64,000 bases of DNA, taken from positions 62,001 to 126,000 of the IMG/VR virus record IMGVR_UViG_3300027899_000001; one strand, 5' to 3'. The translations under genes and the position numbers were made by a program. The notes beneath the pieces were generated by a model that did not search any database, had not been told where the DNA came from, and worked only from the letters and a program-made list of their open reading frames with translations. This document shows positions 17,277-27,030 of the stretch, one piece after another. How positions within the stretch are numbered: position 1 is the stretch's first letter; each line of letters opens with the position of its first letter.

Positions 17277-17627
17277 TTACCATCGTCCACCTCGTTCATC
17301 TTCCCATTGTTGTTCTTGTTGTTCTTGCCAATATCTTTCTTGATCTCTTGCAAAATTTTCTTGTTCCTGTTGATGCATTAATTCACCATAACAATCAACA
17401 CACATTGTATGTACAACTCTGTCACTATTTTCACCAAATGTATCTATAATAGCTTTTGATCTTTCTATTTCTTCTGATTTTATAAGTTTTTCACCTTCTA
17501 TATCTATTAAATCTCCGCAATTATGACATTTATATACAGTTCCTTGATGTCCAATACCCATTTTATGAATAGGATCTGCCTCTTCTTCAAATTTTTCATA
17601 TAAATGTTCTTTAACGATTTTCATCAT
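17277..17627 (-). CDS. Tagged protein with Zn-ribbon cargo (start MMKIVKEH)
   Basis: MKIVKEHLYEKFEEEADPIHKMGIG; CHNC...CVDC. Confidence 0.7.
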   Translation of the reverse strand: MMKIVKEHLYEKFEEEADPIHKMGIGHQGTVYKCHNCGDLIDIEGEKLIKSEEIERSKAIIDTFGENSDRVVHTMCVDCYGELMHQQEQENFARDQERYWQEQQEQQWEDERGGRW

Positions 17628-17952
17628 ATAATATAAATACTGTTTCATCTAAATTAGGTTCTTCTTCTACAGTTATTCCAAATTCTTTATTTGCCATTGT
17701 TAAATATTTCGGCCATTCTTTTACGAAAAGTTTAAATCCTTCTTGAGATTTTTGATCCATAAAACCGTCTTCGTAAACATTTAAAAATCCTAAATATCTA
17801 TCATCTGTGCGATCTAATTGATAATCTTCAGCTACACTTTTTAAAAAATGACGAATAAGTTTTTCTTTCCAATTAATTCCTATTCTTAAATCATCAATGG
17901 GATCAGATTCTTCTTCAAATCTCTCGTATAATATTTCTTTAACTAATTTCAC
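17611..17952 (-). CDS. Tagged putative internal head protein
   Basis: MKLVKEILYERFEEESDPIDDLRIG. Confidence 0.75.
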   Translation of the reverse strand: MKLVKEILYERFEEESDPIDDLRIGINWKEKLIRHFLKSVAEDYQLDRTDDRYLGFLNVYEDGFMDQKSQEGFKLFVKEWPKYLTMANKEFGITVEEEPNLDETVFILYDENR

Positions 17953-18464
17953 TTTTGTAGTTTTTGTATAGTTTTTAATAATTCAGAGGATTTACTATTT
18001 AAATGTTTTATATCTCTAATGAAAGATTGATCTACAGGTTTAAATTTACTTGTAAAAATTCCTGATGTGCTGATGTAAGTATTATTAGGTGTTATGAATT
18101 TATCTTTTGTATGAGAATAAACAACAACATCTGTAAATGAGACTTTAGATCCAGAAACTTTTACAATTTTTACAAGTTCTTGAACTAAGTTTGTAGTTAG
18201 TCCGTGATAACCTCCAAATGGACCTCCATATTGCCACCATAATTGATCAGCTCCATTTTTTATTGCGTAATTAGATAATCTTGAAATTCCATACTGAATG
18301 CCTAAAACAAGTTGTTCATTTGCAGACATTAGTTTAAGATTTTTCCCAGTTACTACATGATCAAGTTCTTTTTGAATTTGATTTAATTCTCCAATTCCCA
18401 TATCATGTATAGGATCGCTTTCTTCTGAGAATTTTTCGTTTAGATGTTCTTTAACAAGTTTCAT
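17949..18464 (-). CDS. Tagged putative internal head protein
   Basis: MKLVKEHLNEKFSEESDPIHDMGIG. Confidence 0.75.
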   Translation of the reverse strand: MKLVKEHLNEKFSEESDPIHDMGIGELNQIQKELDHVVTGKNLKLMSANEQLVLGIQYGISRLSNYAIKNGADQLWWQYGGPFGGYHGLTTNLVQELVKIVKVSGSKVSFTDVVVYSHTKDKFITPNNTYISTSGIFTSKFKPVDQSFIRDIKHLNSKSSELLKTIQKLQK

Positions 18465-18946
18465 AGGTCTATTGTGTGCGCTCTATTTTTCTTGCACTTA
18501 TTTTCATTTTCAAGAATAATGTCTTTTAACATTACTTTTTTCATTGTTTTATCTTCAAGTTTAAATAAAAATGCTTCTCCACCACTCAATTTTGCCATAG
18601 GAATTCCTTGATGTAATTTATCAGGATCAGACTTAATACGAAATGTAAGAGCACTTCTATTTATTTCAAGAATTTTAATCTCATTAGTTAATGCAGTTTG
18701 TAATTCATCACTATAATCTTCATCTTTTACATCAATAGTGTCAGTATCGGCCATATCAGATGTGTCAACATCGATGTCTTCTACTTCTTCTTCATCATCT
18801 TCAGCTTTATACCAATTATCTTCCTTTTCATCTTCGTCTTCATCTTCGATGTTTCTTGGTTTTTCAATCGCTTCTACTTTTTTAGGAGCGCCTCTTTTTG
18901 AAAATTCGCTGAGCGATTCTTCTATCATGTATATTCGTTTTTTCAT
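18461..18946 (-). CDS. Hypothetical acidic protein
   Basis: Asp/Glu-rich middle; operon-packed. Confidence 0.55.
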   Translation of the reverse strand: MKKRIYMIEESLSEFSKRGAPKKVEAIEKPRNIEDEDEDEKEDNWYKAEDDEEEVEDIDVDTSDMADTDTIDVKDEDYSDELQTALTNEIKILEINRSALTFRIKSDPDKLHQGIPMAKLSGGEAFLFKLEDKTMKKVMLKDIILENENKCKKNRAHTIDL

Positions 18947-18950
18947 ATGA

Positions 18951-19550
18951 TTAGGGTTTAATTTTTCTACTATTTCTTCTACAAACTCGGCATTTTCCGT
19001 TTTTAATTTTTAATGGGTGAACTTCTTCTCCGCATTCTGTACATTTTATGAAATGATTTTTGTCTGCATCTTCATATTGTATTCTGCTTAAAGGATAACT
19101 TCCAGATATAGGTTGATTTCTTTCTTTATTAGAAAATGGGGTTTGAAAATTTTCTTGTAATTTTGATTTAAGCATAGTTATCAATTTATCGTACTCTTCT
19201 GGCATTAAACATATTTCATAATCCAATACAATGATTATTGGATGTGCTTTTAAAAGTCTAATATCTCCTATTTCTTGACGTAATTCTTCATCATCTGTTG
19301 TTAAAAAATATCTATCGTTAAATTCCATTACTTTAAATTTAGAATCTTTTTCTCCTATTAAATCAATAAAATCTTTTATAGTTTGTTTCATTTCTCTCCA
19401 TTCTTCAAGATCTTCATGTTTTCTACGGGCCCATTTTTTAATATATTGGAATATTTGACTTAATGCAAAGGAAGATAAATACGCTACACTTATATTACCT
19501 AATGCATTTAGATCTTCATTTAAATTTTCTTTTACATATTGTGCTTTCAT
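18951..19550 (-). CDS. Hypothetical protein with leader ending LNE and C-terminal Zn-ribbon
   Basis: MKAQYVKENLNE leader without the DPI tag; CTEC...CRVC. Confidence 0.6.
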   Translation of the reverse strand: MKAQYVKENLNEDLNALGNISVAYLSSFALSQIFQYIKKWARRKHEDLEEWREMKQTIKDFIDLIGEKDSKFKVMEFNDRYFLTTDDEELRQEIGDIRLLKAHPIIIVLDYEICLMPEEYDKLITMLKSKLQENFQTPFSNKERNQPISGSYPLSRIQYEDADKNHFIKCTECGEEVHPLKIKNGKCRVCRRNSRKIKP

Positions 19551-19565
19551 TTCATATCATTATTT

Positions 19566-19898
19566 TTATTCGCTTATGTATATTTTTTCATCTGATCCTA
19601 TTGTGTACATTTCACCATTATTATCTAACAAATTTACTTCGCGTTGATTTTTTCTACCTTTAACTTCCTTTACTTTTATAGTTTGTGTTTTCCATTCATG
19701 TCCACGGTTTCCCCATTTATGCATTTTTCCAGTAACAGTTCTTCCAGTTAAATTATTATCTAAATAACGAAGCCAGTTTTTTCCTGCTTTGTCCATGATT
19801 TCTTCAAACACATAATCAAGATTTACGCCACCAATACCCATATCTGCTATTGGATCAGTTTGATCATCGAATTTTTCGTTAATAAGATGTGCTCTCAA
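19566..19898 (-). CDS. Tagged putative internal head protein (TTG start)
   Basis: MRAHLINEKFDDQTDPIADMGIG; late-promoter motif at 19908-19923. Confidence 0.75.
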   Translation of the reverse strand: MRAHLINEKFDDQTDPIADMGIGGVNLDYVFEEIMDKAGKNWLRYLDNNLTGRTVTGKMHKWGNRGHEWKTQTIKVKEVKGRKNQREVNLLDNNGEMYTIGSDEKIYISE

Positions 19899-19933
19899 AA
19901 TAATTAGTTTATTTTATATATTCAGCAAAGCAA

Positions 19934-19954
19934 AAGGAGAATGTTATTCTCCTT
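19934..19954 (-). terminator. Hairpin, probable intrinsic terminator for minus-strand transcripts
   Basis: AAGGAGAAT-GTT-ATTCTCCTT 9-bp stem; followed by TTGCTTTG on minus. Confidence 0.55.
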
Positions 19955-19971
19955 CGTTAAGTTTTTCAATG

Positions 19972-20053
19972 AATATATAAATAAAGAGGTAAGACTTTAG
20001 TAGAAGTCAGCTGACGATTTGGATAATCAGGTGTCCCTCTTTATTTATATATT
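19972..20053. other. Inverted-repeat-bounded structured element 1 (face-to-face late promoters around a two-hairpin core)
   Basis: Perfect 18-bp IR AATATATAAATAAAGAGG / CCTCTTTATTTATATATT enclosing TAA-[GACTT/AAGTC]-AG-[CTGA/TCAG]-GTGTC. Confidence 0.7.
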
Positions 20054-20079
20054 TTTACTTAAAATAAGATTTGGAAATC

Positions 20080-20979
20080 ATGAAAGAATTTAGAAAAACA
20101 GAAAATTGCTCTTTTATTTGCGAAGAATGCGGAAAAATATATGAAACTCTCAATGGATTAAGAGTACATGTTCAGCGTTCTCATACTACTAAGATATATC
20201 ATGATAAATGGTTAAAAGAAGATTTTGAGGGAAAATGTAAAACATGTGGAAACGAAACAAAATTTAAAGGAATATTGTCAGGATATTATAATTGTTGCTC
20301 TAAAAAATGTGTAGACACATATAGATATGAACAGAATAAAAAAACAAATTTAAAATTTTATGGAGTAGAAAATAATTATCAACGCGTAGATGTAAAAGAA
20401 AAAAACAAAAAACTTTGTAAAGAAAGATATGGGCACGAAAATCCTGCTCATGGAACAAACAAAGAAAAGGTTAAAAAAACTATGCTATCGCGATATAACT
20501 CTGAATATGCTTTTCAAAATAAAAATTGTAGAGAAAAATTTGAAAATACTATGTTATTAAAATATGGTCATATTTATCCTTTACAAAATACCGAAATTTT
20601 TATAAAAGCATCTAAAAGTAATATTAATGTAAACTCATTTAAAAATACAGATATATGGTATCAAGGATCCTATGAATTAGATTTTTTAGAAAAATATTAT
20701 AATATATTTCCAGATATTATCAGAGGGCCATCAATAAAATATATTTATAAAAACGAACAAAAAATTTATTATCCAGATTTTTTAATTCCATCATTAAATT
20801 TAATAGTGGAATGTAAAAATTCTTATTTATTAAAAAGAGATACAGAAATATTAAAAGAAAAGAAAAAGGCAATTATAAATAACGGATATAATTATATTAT
20901 AATTGTAAATAAAGATTATTCTGAATTTAATAATTTTTCTATAGATAAATCAGAAAATCCTGCATTTTTTTCTATTTGA
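20080..20979 (+). CDS. Free-standing endonuclease, family copy 2 (inverted orientation; likely start MKEFRK at 20080)
   Basis: CEECGKIY; YGVENNYQ; YQGSYELDFLEKYY...YYPDFLIPSLNLIVECK. Confidence 0.75.
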   Translation: MKEFRKTENCSFICEECGKIYETLNGLRVHVQRSHTTKIYHDKWLKEDFEGKCKTCGNETKFKGILSGYYNCCSKKCVDTYRYEQNKKTNLKFYGVENNYQRVDVKEKNKKLCKERYGHENPAHGTNKEKVKKTMLSRYNSEYAFQNKNCREKFENTMLLKYGHIYPLQNTEIFIKASKSNINVNSFKNTDIWYQGSYELDFLEKYYNIFPDIIRGPSIKYIYKNEQKIYYPDFLIPSLNLIVECKNSYLLKRDTEILKEKKKAIINNGYNYIIIVNKDYSEFNNFSIDKSENPAFFSI

Positions 20980-22619
20980 ATTTTATAATCAAAGTATTCT
21001 ATTGGTAATGCAGCATGATGTATTATAAATATATTCATATTCAATTCCTTAGTTGTATTTTTTAATACTCCTAACACATCATATATTTTATCATTGTCTA
21101 ATGAAGACAAAACTTCATCTAGCATAAATATGTTTAATCCAGGATATTTACGTTTTAACATTCTTATTATAGATATAAGCACTGCAAGATCAACAGATTT
21201 TTTCTCGCCCGTTGAGAGTGTATCTACTCCAATTTCAATTCCTAAATGATGTAATTCAGGTTCAAAATCTGAATTAAAAGATAAATTATAAGGAAAATGT
21301 AATTCGTGTAATGTAAATGATATTTCTCTATTAAGTGTAGGAAGATAACTTTCAAGAATTTTCTTTTTAATGCCAGCATCTGAATATAATTGTTCAAGAA
21401 TTGCAAGATATTTATATTCTTCATCAAATTTAACTTTATCTTCACTTTTAGATGTAAGAGTAGTAGTATTATCAGAAATTATATTTTGAATACTTGTAAA
21501 TTCTTGAGGCTTATCCATTTTTAATCTATCCATTTCTGATTGAATGGAATTATATGTAGATTGAACCTGAATAATAAAATTATTAATAGTCACAAGTCCT
21601 TGATTAATTTTTTGTAATGCTGATGTATATTTTCCTTCATCAGAATTTACGCCTATTAATTCTTCTTGTTTCTGTTTTAACTCTCCTTGAAGAGCTTCTT
21701 TTATTAAATTAAATCTTGAATCATTAAATGGAGTGGCACAAGTTGGACATTTTTCTTGACGAAATAAATCTAATTGAATATTAACATGCTGAATCTCATG
21801 TTGAATTTTCATTTTTTGTTGTTGAAAAACACTATATGAACGATTTATTTCATCTCGTTTTCCTTCGTATATTGTTTTCTTATTATAACCTTCTAAGAGT
21901 TTAGGTTTATATAATTCTAATTGTTTAGCTAAATTGGCAATTTTTTCTGTATTATCTTGAGTAACTTGTGTTTGAAGTTTTTGAAGTTCTTTAACTGCAA
22001 TATCTATGTTATTTTTAAGAGTCATTATTTCTCTATCAAAAAGATCCATATTTGTTTTAACATCTCTTAAATCTTTTTTAACAAGTTCGTTCATCTTATT
22101 AATAATTTCCATCGCAAATAACTTATCAATGATAATTCTCTTATCATGTGGAGTCATTGAGATAAAGGATTTAAAATCATTAATAGATAAAGAAATAATG
22201 TTCGAGAAGATATGATAGGGTAGTCCAGTAACCTCTAGATCTATATAATCTTGGTAATTTACAATTCCGGCTTTGCCAATATCATTATCATCATTTGTAT
22301 CGTCATCAATATCATTATTCTTAAATACTCTTAAATCTGATGGCGAAAAATTTCTTTCTATTGTTACAAATGTTTCAGGGTTTGTTTCATCAGTGCCTCT
22401 TATCCATCCATGTTTATTCAGACGATTTGCTATTTCATCTTTCTTAAATTTATCAAGTTTTCCATAATAAAGAACTTTAGGAAGATTAACAAAAAAAGAT
22501 TTTCCATTTCCATTTTTTCCAAGAACCATCCAAAGTCCGCCTTCATCGGGCAATTCAAGACTTTGTAATTTATTTCCAAAAGGACCAATATTTCTCCATT
22601 CTATTTTCTTTAATTTCAT
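20916..22619 (-). CDS. gp46: Recombination ATPase, T4 gp46/SbcC/Rad50-like
   Basis: GKNGNGKS Walker A, CPTC zinc hook, LSTGEK signature, LDEV Walker B. Confidence 0.9.
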   Translation of the reverse strand: MKLKKIEWRNIGPFGNKLQSLELPDEGGLWMVLGKNGNGKSFFVNLPKVLYYGKLDKFKKDEIANRLNKHGWIRGTDETNPETFVTIERNFSPSDLRVFKNNDIDDDTNDDNDIGKAGIVNYQDYIDLEVTGLPYHIFSNIISLSINDFKSFISMTPHDKRIIIDKLFAMEIINKMNELVKKDLRDVKTNMDLFDREIMTLKNNIDIAVKELQKLQTQVTQDNTEKIANLAKQLELYKPKLLEGYNKKTIYEGKRDEINRSYSVFQQQKMKIQHEIQHVNIQLDLFRQEKCPTCATPFNDSRFNLIKEALQGELKQKQEELIGVNSDEGKYTSALQKINQGLVTINNFIIQVQSTYNSIQSEMDRLKMDKPQEFTSIQNIISDNTTTLTSKSEDKVKFDEEYKYLAILEQLYSDAGIKKKILESYLPTLNREISFTLHELHFPYNLSFNSDFEPELHHLGIEIGVDTLSTGEKKSVDLAVLISIIRMLKRKYPGLNIFMLDEVLSSLDNDKIYDVLGVLKNTTKELNMNIFIIHHAALPIEYFDYKIQIEKNAGFSDLSIEKLLNSE

Positions 22620-23119
22620 AATTCATTATTATAATTATTTTTATTAACGTCATATTCACTGAAAATATATTTTACTTCATCTATCATATCTTGAATAGAA
22701 TCATAAATTTGTATTTCAGGTCTTGCTAATTTTGTTTGAATAATTACATCTTGTTTACGTTCATATTCTGGATCAGTTCCTACGATTGCAGGTCTATCCA
22801 TAGAATTACACCACATTCCTAATTCATAAAGAACTATAGGATTGAGTGATCCTCTTGAAAACCAAAAGAATACAAGATTTGCATCTTTAAGTTTTTGAAA
22901 TTCCCACGTAATTTGTTCTTCTGTTGCTTTAGGATCATTAATAGAAAAGTTTTTTCTACGTGGTGTATAAATTGTAAGATTAGAAATATCTTTTAATTCA
23001 TCTATAACATATTTTTGCCAGTCTGGACAGTTAGTTATTCCGCCAGCTAAAAACATTTTTACATTTGTGTTATTTTCAACAGAATAAATTTCATGAGGTG
23101 CTTCAATTATTAGAGCCAT
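22616..23119 (-). CDS. Nucleoside 2-deoxyribosyltransferase-like protein
   Basis: MFLAGGITNCPDWQK...EQITWE...LYELG. Confidence 0.7.
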   Translation of the reverse strand: MALIIEAPHEIYSVENNTNVKMFLAGGITNCPDWQKYVIDELKDISNLTIYTPRRKNFSINDPKATEEQITWEFQKLKDANLVFFWFSRGSLNPIVLYELGMWCNSMDRPAIVGTDPEYERKQDVIIQTKLARPEIQIYDSIQDMIDEVKYIFSEYDVNKNNYNNEL

Positions 23120-23565
23120 TATTTTTTCTTTATTCGTGGTGTAGGTAATTTTGGGAATACCTTTTTTCCTTTTATTTTTTCTTCTGACAGTTTTTTACAT
23201 TTAATAATTGCCTTAGCCTTAACGAGTAATTCATCAATAGGTTTATTTTCATATCCAAATCTTGCATCACCTTCCATTAAAATATACAAATCTTCTTCTA
23301 TTTTATCTGCTATATTTTTTAATGCATCAAAATCTAAATTTATATTTAAATCACCATACCAAATTTTACGATGAGTTTTTGTAAGAACATTTGCATTAAA
23401 TATGACTAATTCCCCTTGATGTTCTTGACAATAACTACTTTTAGATGAAGCTATAATCCTTCCTTGTATAAGACCATTAGTTGCAAAAATTACATAACAA
23501 TGTGGATCTGGTTTAAATTCAGATGGAAATTGTTCATCTTCTGGAAAAAAATCTTTTTCTGCCAT
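23119..23565 (-). CDS. Hypothetical protein
   Basis: Operon-packed 148-aa ORF. Confidence 0.55.
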   Translation of the reverse strand: MAEKDFFPEDEQFPSEFKPDPHCYVIFATNGLIQGRIIASSKSSYCQEHQGELVIFNANVLTKTHRKIWYGDLNINLDFDALKNIADKIEEDLYILMEGDARFGYENKPIDELLVKAKAIIKCKKLSEEKIKGKKVFPKLPTPRIKKK

Positions 23566-24677
23566 TATTCTAAATCTTCTTTTGATGCTTTTTCATAGTA
23601 TTTTCTATTCATTAGCTTTAATTTAACAAGCATTTCCATTTGATAACCTAAATCTTTAATACTCATTTCTAATAAAGTTAAAATATCTTTAATATCAACT
23701 CCATTTAGCGCGTCTGAAAGTTCATCCTCTAGTTTCTTTCTTTCTCCTACAGTTTCAATCTTTTTGTATTTACAGTCTCTTAATATATCTATAAACTTTG
23801 TTAAATTAAATAAGTGTATAAATTTATCAGGAACGATAATGTCTGTATAATTATTATTTAATAATTTTATGGTATCTTGTAAAGAAAGTTCTAGAATTCC
23901 TTCTAATAATATTCTTTGGAATATAGGAGAATAATCATTGGGTGTAACTACATAAGAATCTGTAGCAGGATCAAATAGATATAATCCTTTAGTATTTCCA
24001 ATATCTGAACGTTTTGTATGATAAGGAGATCCTATATAAATAAAATTATTTAATTCTTGACGCTTATGAATGTGTCCAGAAAATAATTTCTTGATATTTC
24101 TAAAACTAAGAAAATTTGCTCCTGAGGCTTTTATTTCTCTTCCATTATCATATTTAAATCCAGCAATATCAGCATGAGTAAATATGTAATTAACTTTATT
24201 TGCTCTAACATAATTTTCTTCTGCTTCCTTATTACCTATCCATGGAAGAACAAGAATACTAGATTGTTTATTCGTAATAATTATAGGTTTTTCATAAACA
24301 AATACATTAGGAATAAATTTAAACGCAACTATAGAATTTACGTCAGTATCATATTTTTTATAGATATCATGATTTCCTGTAAGAAAATGAACAGGTAAAA
24401 TTTCTGCAAGTTCAAGAACTAAATCTATTGAAGTATTCATTACATAAATATCCAATAATTGTCTATTATCAAACCAGTCTCCTAAAATAAAGAGTATATC
24501 ACCAGGCTGAACGTTCTGTTTAAGATACGGAATGTAAAAATTTCTAAAGAAATTTTCTTGATTTGTTAACCATTCTAATGAATTCGCTCTAACACCAAAA
24601 TGAAGGTCACTAAGTAGAAATATATGATTGTAATTAATATGTTGCGTCTCTACTTTAAATTGTTTTAAGTCAATCAT
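23565..24677 (-). CDS. gp47: Recombination nuclease, T4 gp47/SbcD/Mre11-like
   Basis: SDLHFG, GDWFD, GNHD, GHIH phosphoesterase motifs; near gp46. Confidence 0.9.
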   Translation of the reverse strand: MIDLKQFKVETQHINYNHIFLLSDLHFGVRANSLEWLTNQENFFRNFYIPYLKQNVQPGDILFILGDWFDNRQLLDIYVMNTSIDLVLELAEILPVHFLTGNHDIYKKYDTDVNSIVAFKFIPNVFVYEKPIIITNKQSSILVLPWIGNKEAEENYVRANKVNYIFTHADIAGFKYDNGREIKASGANFLSFRNIKKLFSGHIHKRQELNNFIYIGSPYHTKRSDIGNTKGLYLFDPATDSYVVTPNDYSPIFQRILLEGILELSLQDTIKLLNNNYTDIIVPDKFIHLFNLTKFIDILRDCKYKKIETVGERKKLEDELSDALNGVDIKDILTLLEMSIKDLGYQMEMLVKLKLMNRKYYEKASKEDLE

Positions 24678-24696
24678 ACAGTTTAATTATTTTATT

Positions 24697-25167
24697 TTAA
24701 AACAATCTTTTAGTTTTAATTTTATGAGTTAGTCCATATTTTTCATTTAATTCTTTTAATAAACTTTCTTTATCAAGAACTCCTACTTCACTATATAATT
24801 GATCATAGTTTACTTGAAAAAATTCTGCAAATGCAATAAAAATTTCCATGTTTGAATATTTCTTTTCTTCTAAAAGTTTTTGTTTGAAATAATAATACAT
24901 TTTTATTCTATCATTTCCGTCAGCTCTTTTAGGTTTCTTATATTTTTCAAAATATGGAGATTTTTCAAATATTGCATACATTTCATCATCTAACATTTTT
25001 AGTGTTCGATTTTCTACAATATTATCTCCCAATTGATCTTCGTAAAGAGAAAATACACTATCATGAACTTTCATAGTTCCAAACTCTTCATACGCTTGTT
25101 CTCCTTGATTGTAAGAGTTATTTATGATTTTATCTTCCCGAAGTTCGTTCTTTTTTTCTTTTTCCAT
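24697..25167 (-). CDS. Hypothetical protein ending KTKRLF
   Basis: Operon-packed between gp41 and gp47. Confidence 0.6.
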   Translation of the reverse strand: MEKEKKNELREDKIINNSYNQGEQAYEEFGTMKVHDSVFSLYEDQLGDNIVENRTLKMLDDEMYAIFEKSPYFEKYKKPKRADGNDRIKMYYYFKQKLLEEKKYSNMEIFIAFAEFFQVNYDQLYSEVGVLDKESLLKELNEKYGLTHKIKTKRLF

Positions 25168-25171
25168 ATAA

Positions 25172-26656
25172 TTAAGTTATGTTAAATAATTCATTTCCAG
25201 TTATTTTAATATCTCCAAAATCTGCATTTGCTGGTGCATCTGGTTCTAATGGAGAAGTCTTTTTACTAATTGCTGCTTCTATAGTTGTTGTAGTTGTTTT
25301 TTGGCCTCTTGGCTGTCTTTGCCCCGCAGTTACAGAGTTAATAAAAAATTCCATATCTTGAATTGGAGCATTTCTATCTTCTTCAATTCTGGCATATTTC
25401 CAATCTATTAAAAATCTTTTTCTTGTATTTTCAAATCCAGCAACTCTATTTGCTAAACATTTAAGAAAATATTCTCCCCTTGCTTTCATTTCAGCATTTG
25501 TAATAATACCAAATAAAATATCAACTGTGTGTAATAAACCTGCTGATTCTGCAACTGATGTAATACTTAAATCATTTGTGTCCCATCCACTTCTATTTGT
25601 TTGTGTTACCGAAATAATAGCCCAGTTATTTTCCTGACCCATTGCTCTTATATCTTCAGATATTTGTTTTATTTTAAGATATGTATTTTCACTATTAGGA
25701 TTTCTCCAATTTTTCATAATGTTAATATAATCTATGAAAATGTTATCAAATTTATATCCTAACATTTCTTGCGCTTTTCTTAAATATGCTGCCATATCAT
25801 TTGCAGAAGCAGTTGAAGATGGAAATTCTTTTACATGTAATTCACCTAATGGCTTTATAGATCTTTGTCTTAAATTTGTAAGTTTTTGTTTAAGAAGTGG
25901 TTGGTCATGTGTAAAAATTTCATAATCATCTAATGGAACATTTAACATATTTGCTCCTATTCTCATATTAACTAATTCTTCTTGTAATTCTAATGTTATA
26001 TAAGCTGTATTATATCCCATCATTGCCGATTTTGCCGCCATATTACACAACCACATTGACTTTCCTGATTTAGGCATACCAAAGAGAACCATAAGAGAAC
26101 CCTTCCAATATCCGCCCTTTGTGCATATATCTATATAATCATAACCTGTTGAAGTTCTTGCTAATCTTGTTTGTAAGTGAGATAATGGGTCAAAGAAGTT
26201 TTTACCCATATTAAATGTAAAATCAACAACAGTTTCTGAAGATAACATGTGTCTTACTTTTTCAACTACTTCATTTGCATTTTCAGCAGTTACTTTAGTA
26301 GTTTTCATGTATGCAATTGCTTTACGCATTACATTATCCAAATTTCTAACTTGAATCCAGGGACCTATATTATTTTCTAGCCAATCATCTTGATATTCTC
26401 CTAATAATTGTTTAGTGTTATATAAACCTGTAATAATATCATCATTAAATTTTTCGCCCAATCCCTTAATTTGAACTAATTGAACCATTTGATCTTTAGT
26501 AGGCGCTTCTTTATATTTTAATGCATGATCTTTTGCAATTTCAAATAATTCTCTTACATTTGAATTTGTAAAAAAATCAGGTTTAGTTGTATTAAGAAAT
26601 AAAGCGTTACCTAAAATGTAATGAAAGAATACTTGTTCCTGAAAAGCGTTAATCAT
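25172..26656 (-). CDS. gp41: Replicative DnaB-like helicase, T4 gp41-like
   Basis: GMPKSGKS, ITLEL, IDYINIM, SVTQTNRSG. Confidence 0.88.
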   Translation of the reverse strand: MINAFQEQVFFHYILGNALFLNTTKPDFFTNSNVRELFEIAKDHALKYKEAPTKDQMVQLVQIKGLGEKFNDDIITGLYNTKQLLGEYQDDWLENNIGPWIQVRNLDNVMRKAIAYMKTTKVTAENANEVVEKVRHMLSSETVVDFTFNMGKNFFDPLSHLQTRLARTSTGYDYIDICTKGGYWKGSLMVLFGMPKSGKSMWLCNMAAKSAMMGYNTAYITLELQEELVNMRIGANMLNVPLDDYEIFTHDQPLLKQKLTNLRQRSIKPLGELHVKEFPSSTASANDMAAYLRKAQEMLGYKFDNIFIDYINIMKNWRNPNSENTYLKIKQISEDIRAMGQENNWAIISVTQTNRSGWDTNDLSITSVAESAGLLHTVDILFGIITNAEMKARGEYFLKCLANRVAGFENTRKRFLIDWKYARIEEDRNAPIQDMEFFINSVTAGQRQPRGQKTTTTTIEAAISKKTSPLEPDAPANADFGDIKITGNELFNIT

Positions 26657-26670
26657 ATATTATTTTTGTA

Positions 26671-26952
26671 TTATATTGAGGTTTCCCATAAATGTTTAAT
26701 AACTCTGTAACTCGAATATTTAAGTTTTTCTAAATATCCCATATCAACTAATTTATCTAAATCATCAGATAATTCGGAATTTATTCTAACTCTTGTTTTG
26801 AAATAAGCGTCTCGGGTTTTGAATTCACCATCGAAACGCCGTTCATCATTCATAAAATTTACGATTTCAAATAAAAGATCTTCATATGTAGGGTTTTCAA
26901 TAATTCCAATTAAGTTTTTTATTTTAACATTTTTTTCATCAATAGACTTCAT
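26671..26952 (-). CDS. Hypothetical small protein between uvsX and gp41
   Basis: 93-aa ORF; LDKLVDMGYL suggests a winged-helix-like fold. Confidence 0.5.
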   Translation of the reverse strand: MKSIDEKNVKIKNLIGIIENPTYEDLLFEIVNFMNDERRFDGEFKTRDAYFKTRVRINSELSDDLDKLVDMGYLEKLKYSSYRVIKHLWETSI

Positions 26953-27030
26953 ATAAAAAGTGTTTATTTTTTTAAAGAAAAAAAGGCCTAAAGTTTCACT
27001 CTAGACCTTTAAGTTTATGTTAATGCGTTT

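Noticed and set aside
19990-20035. Hammerhead, twister or pistol ribozyme in element 1 (contains CTGACGA and ATCAGGTG)
   Set aside because: No GAAA/UH core for hammerhead, no twister or pistol pseudoknot layout, and these words are not conserved in element 2
26671-26952. T4 gp40 orthologue (positional, between uvsX and gp41)
   Set aside because: Position fits but no recognisable sequence similarity
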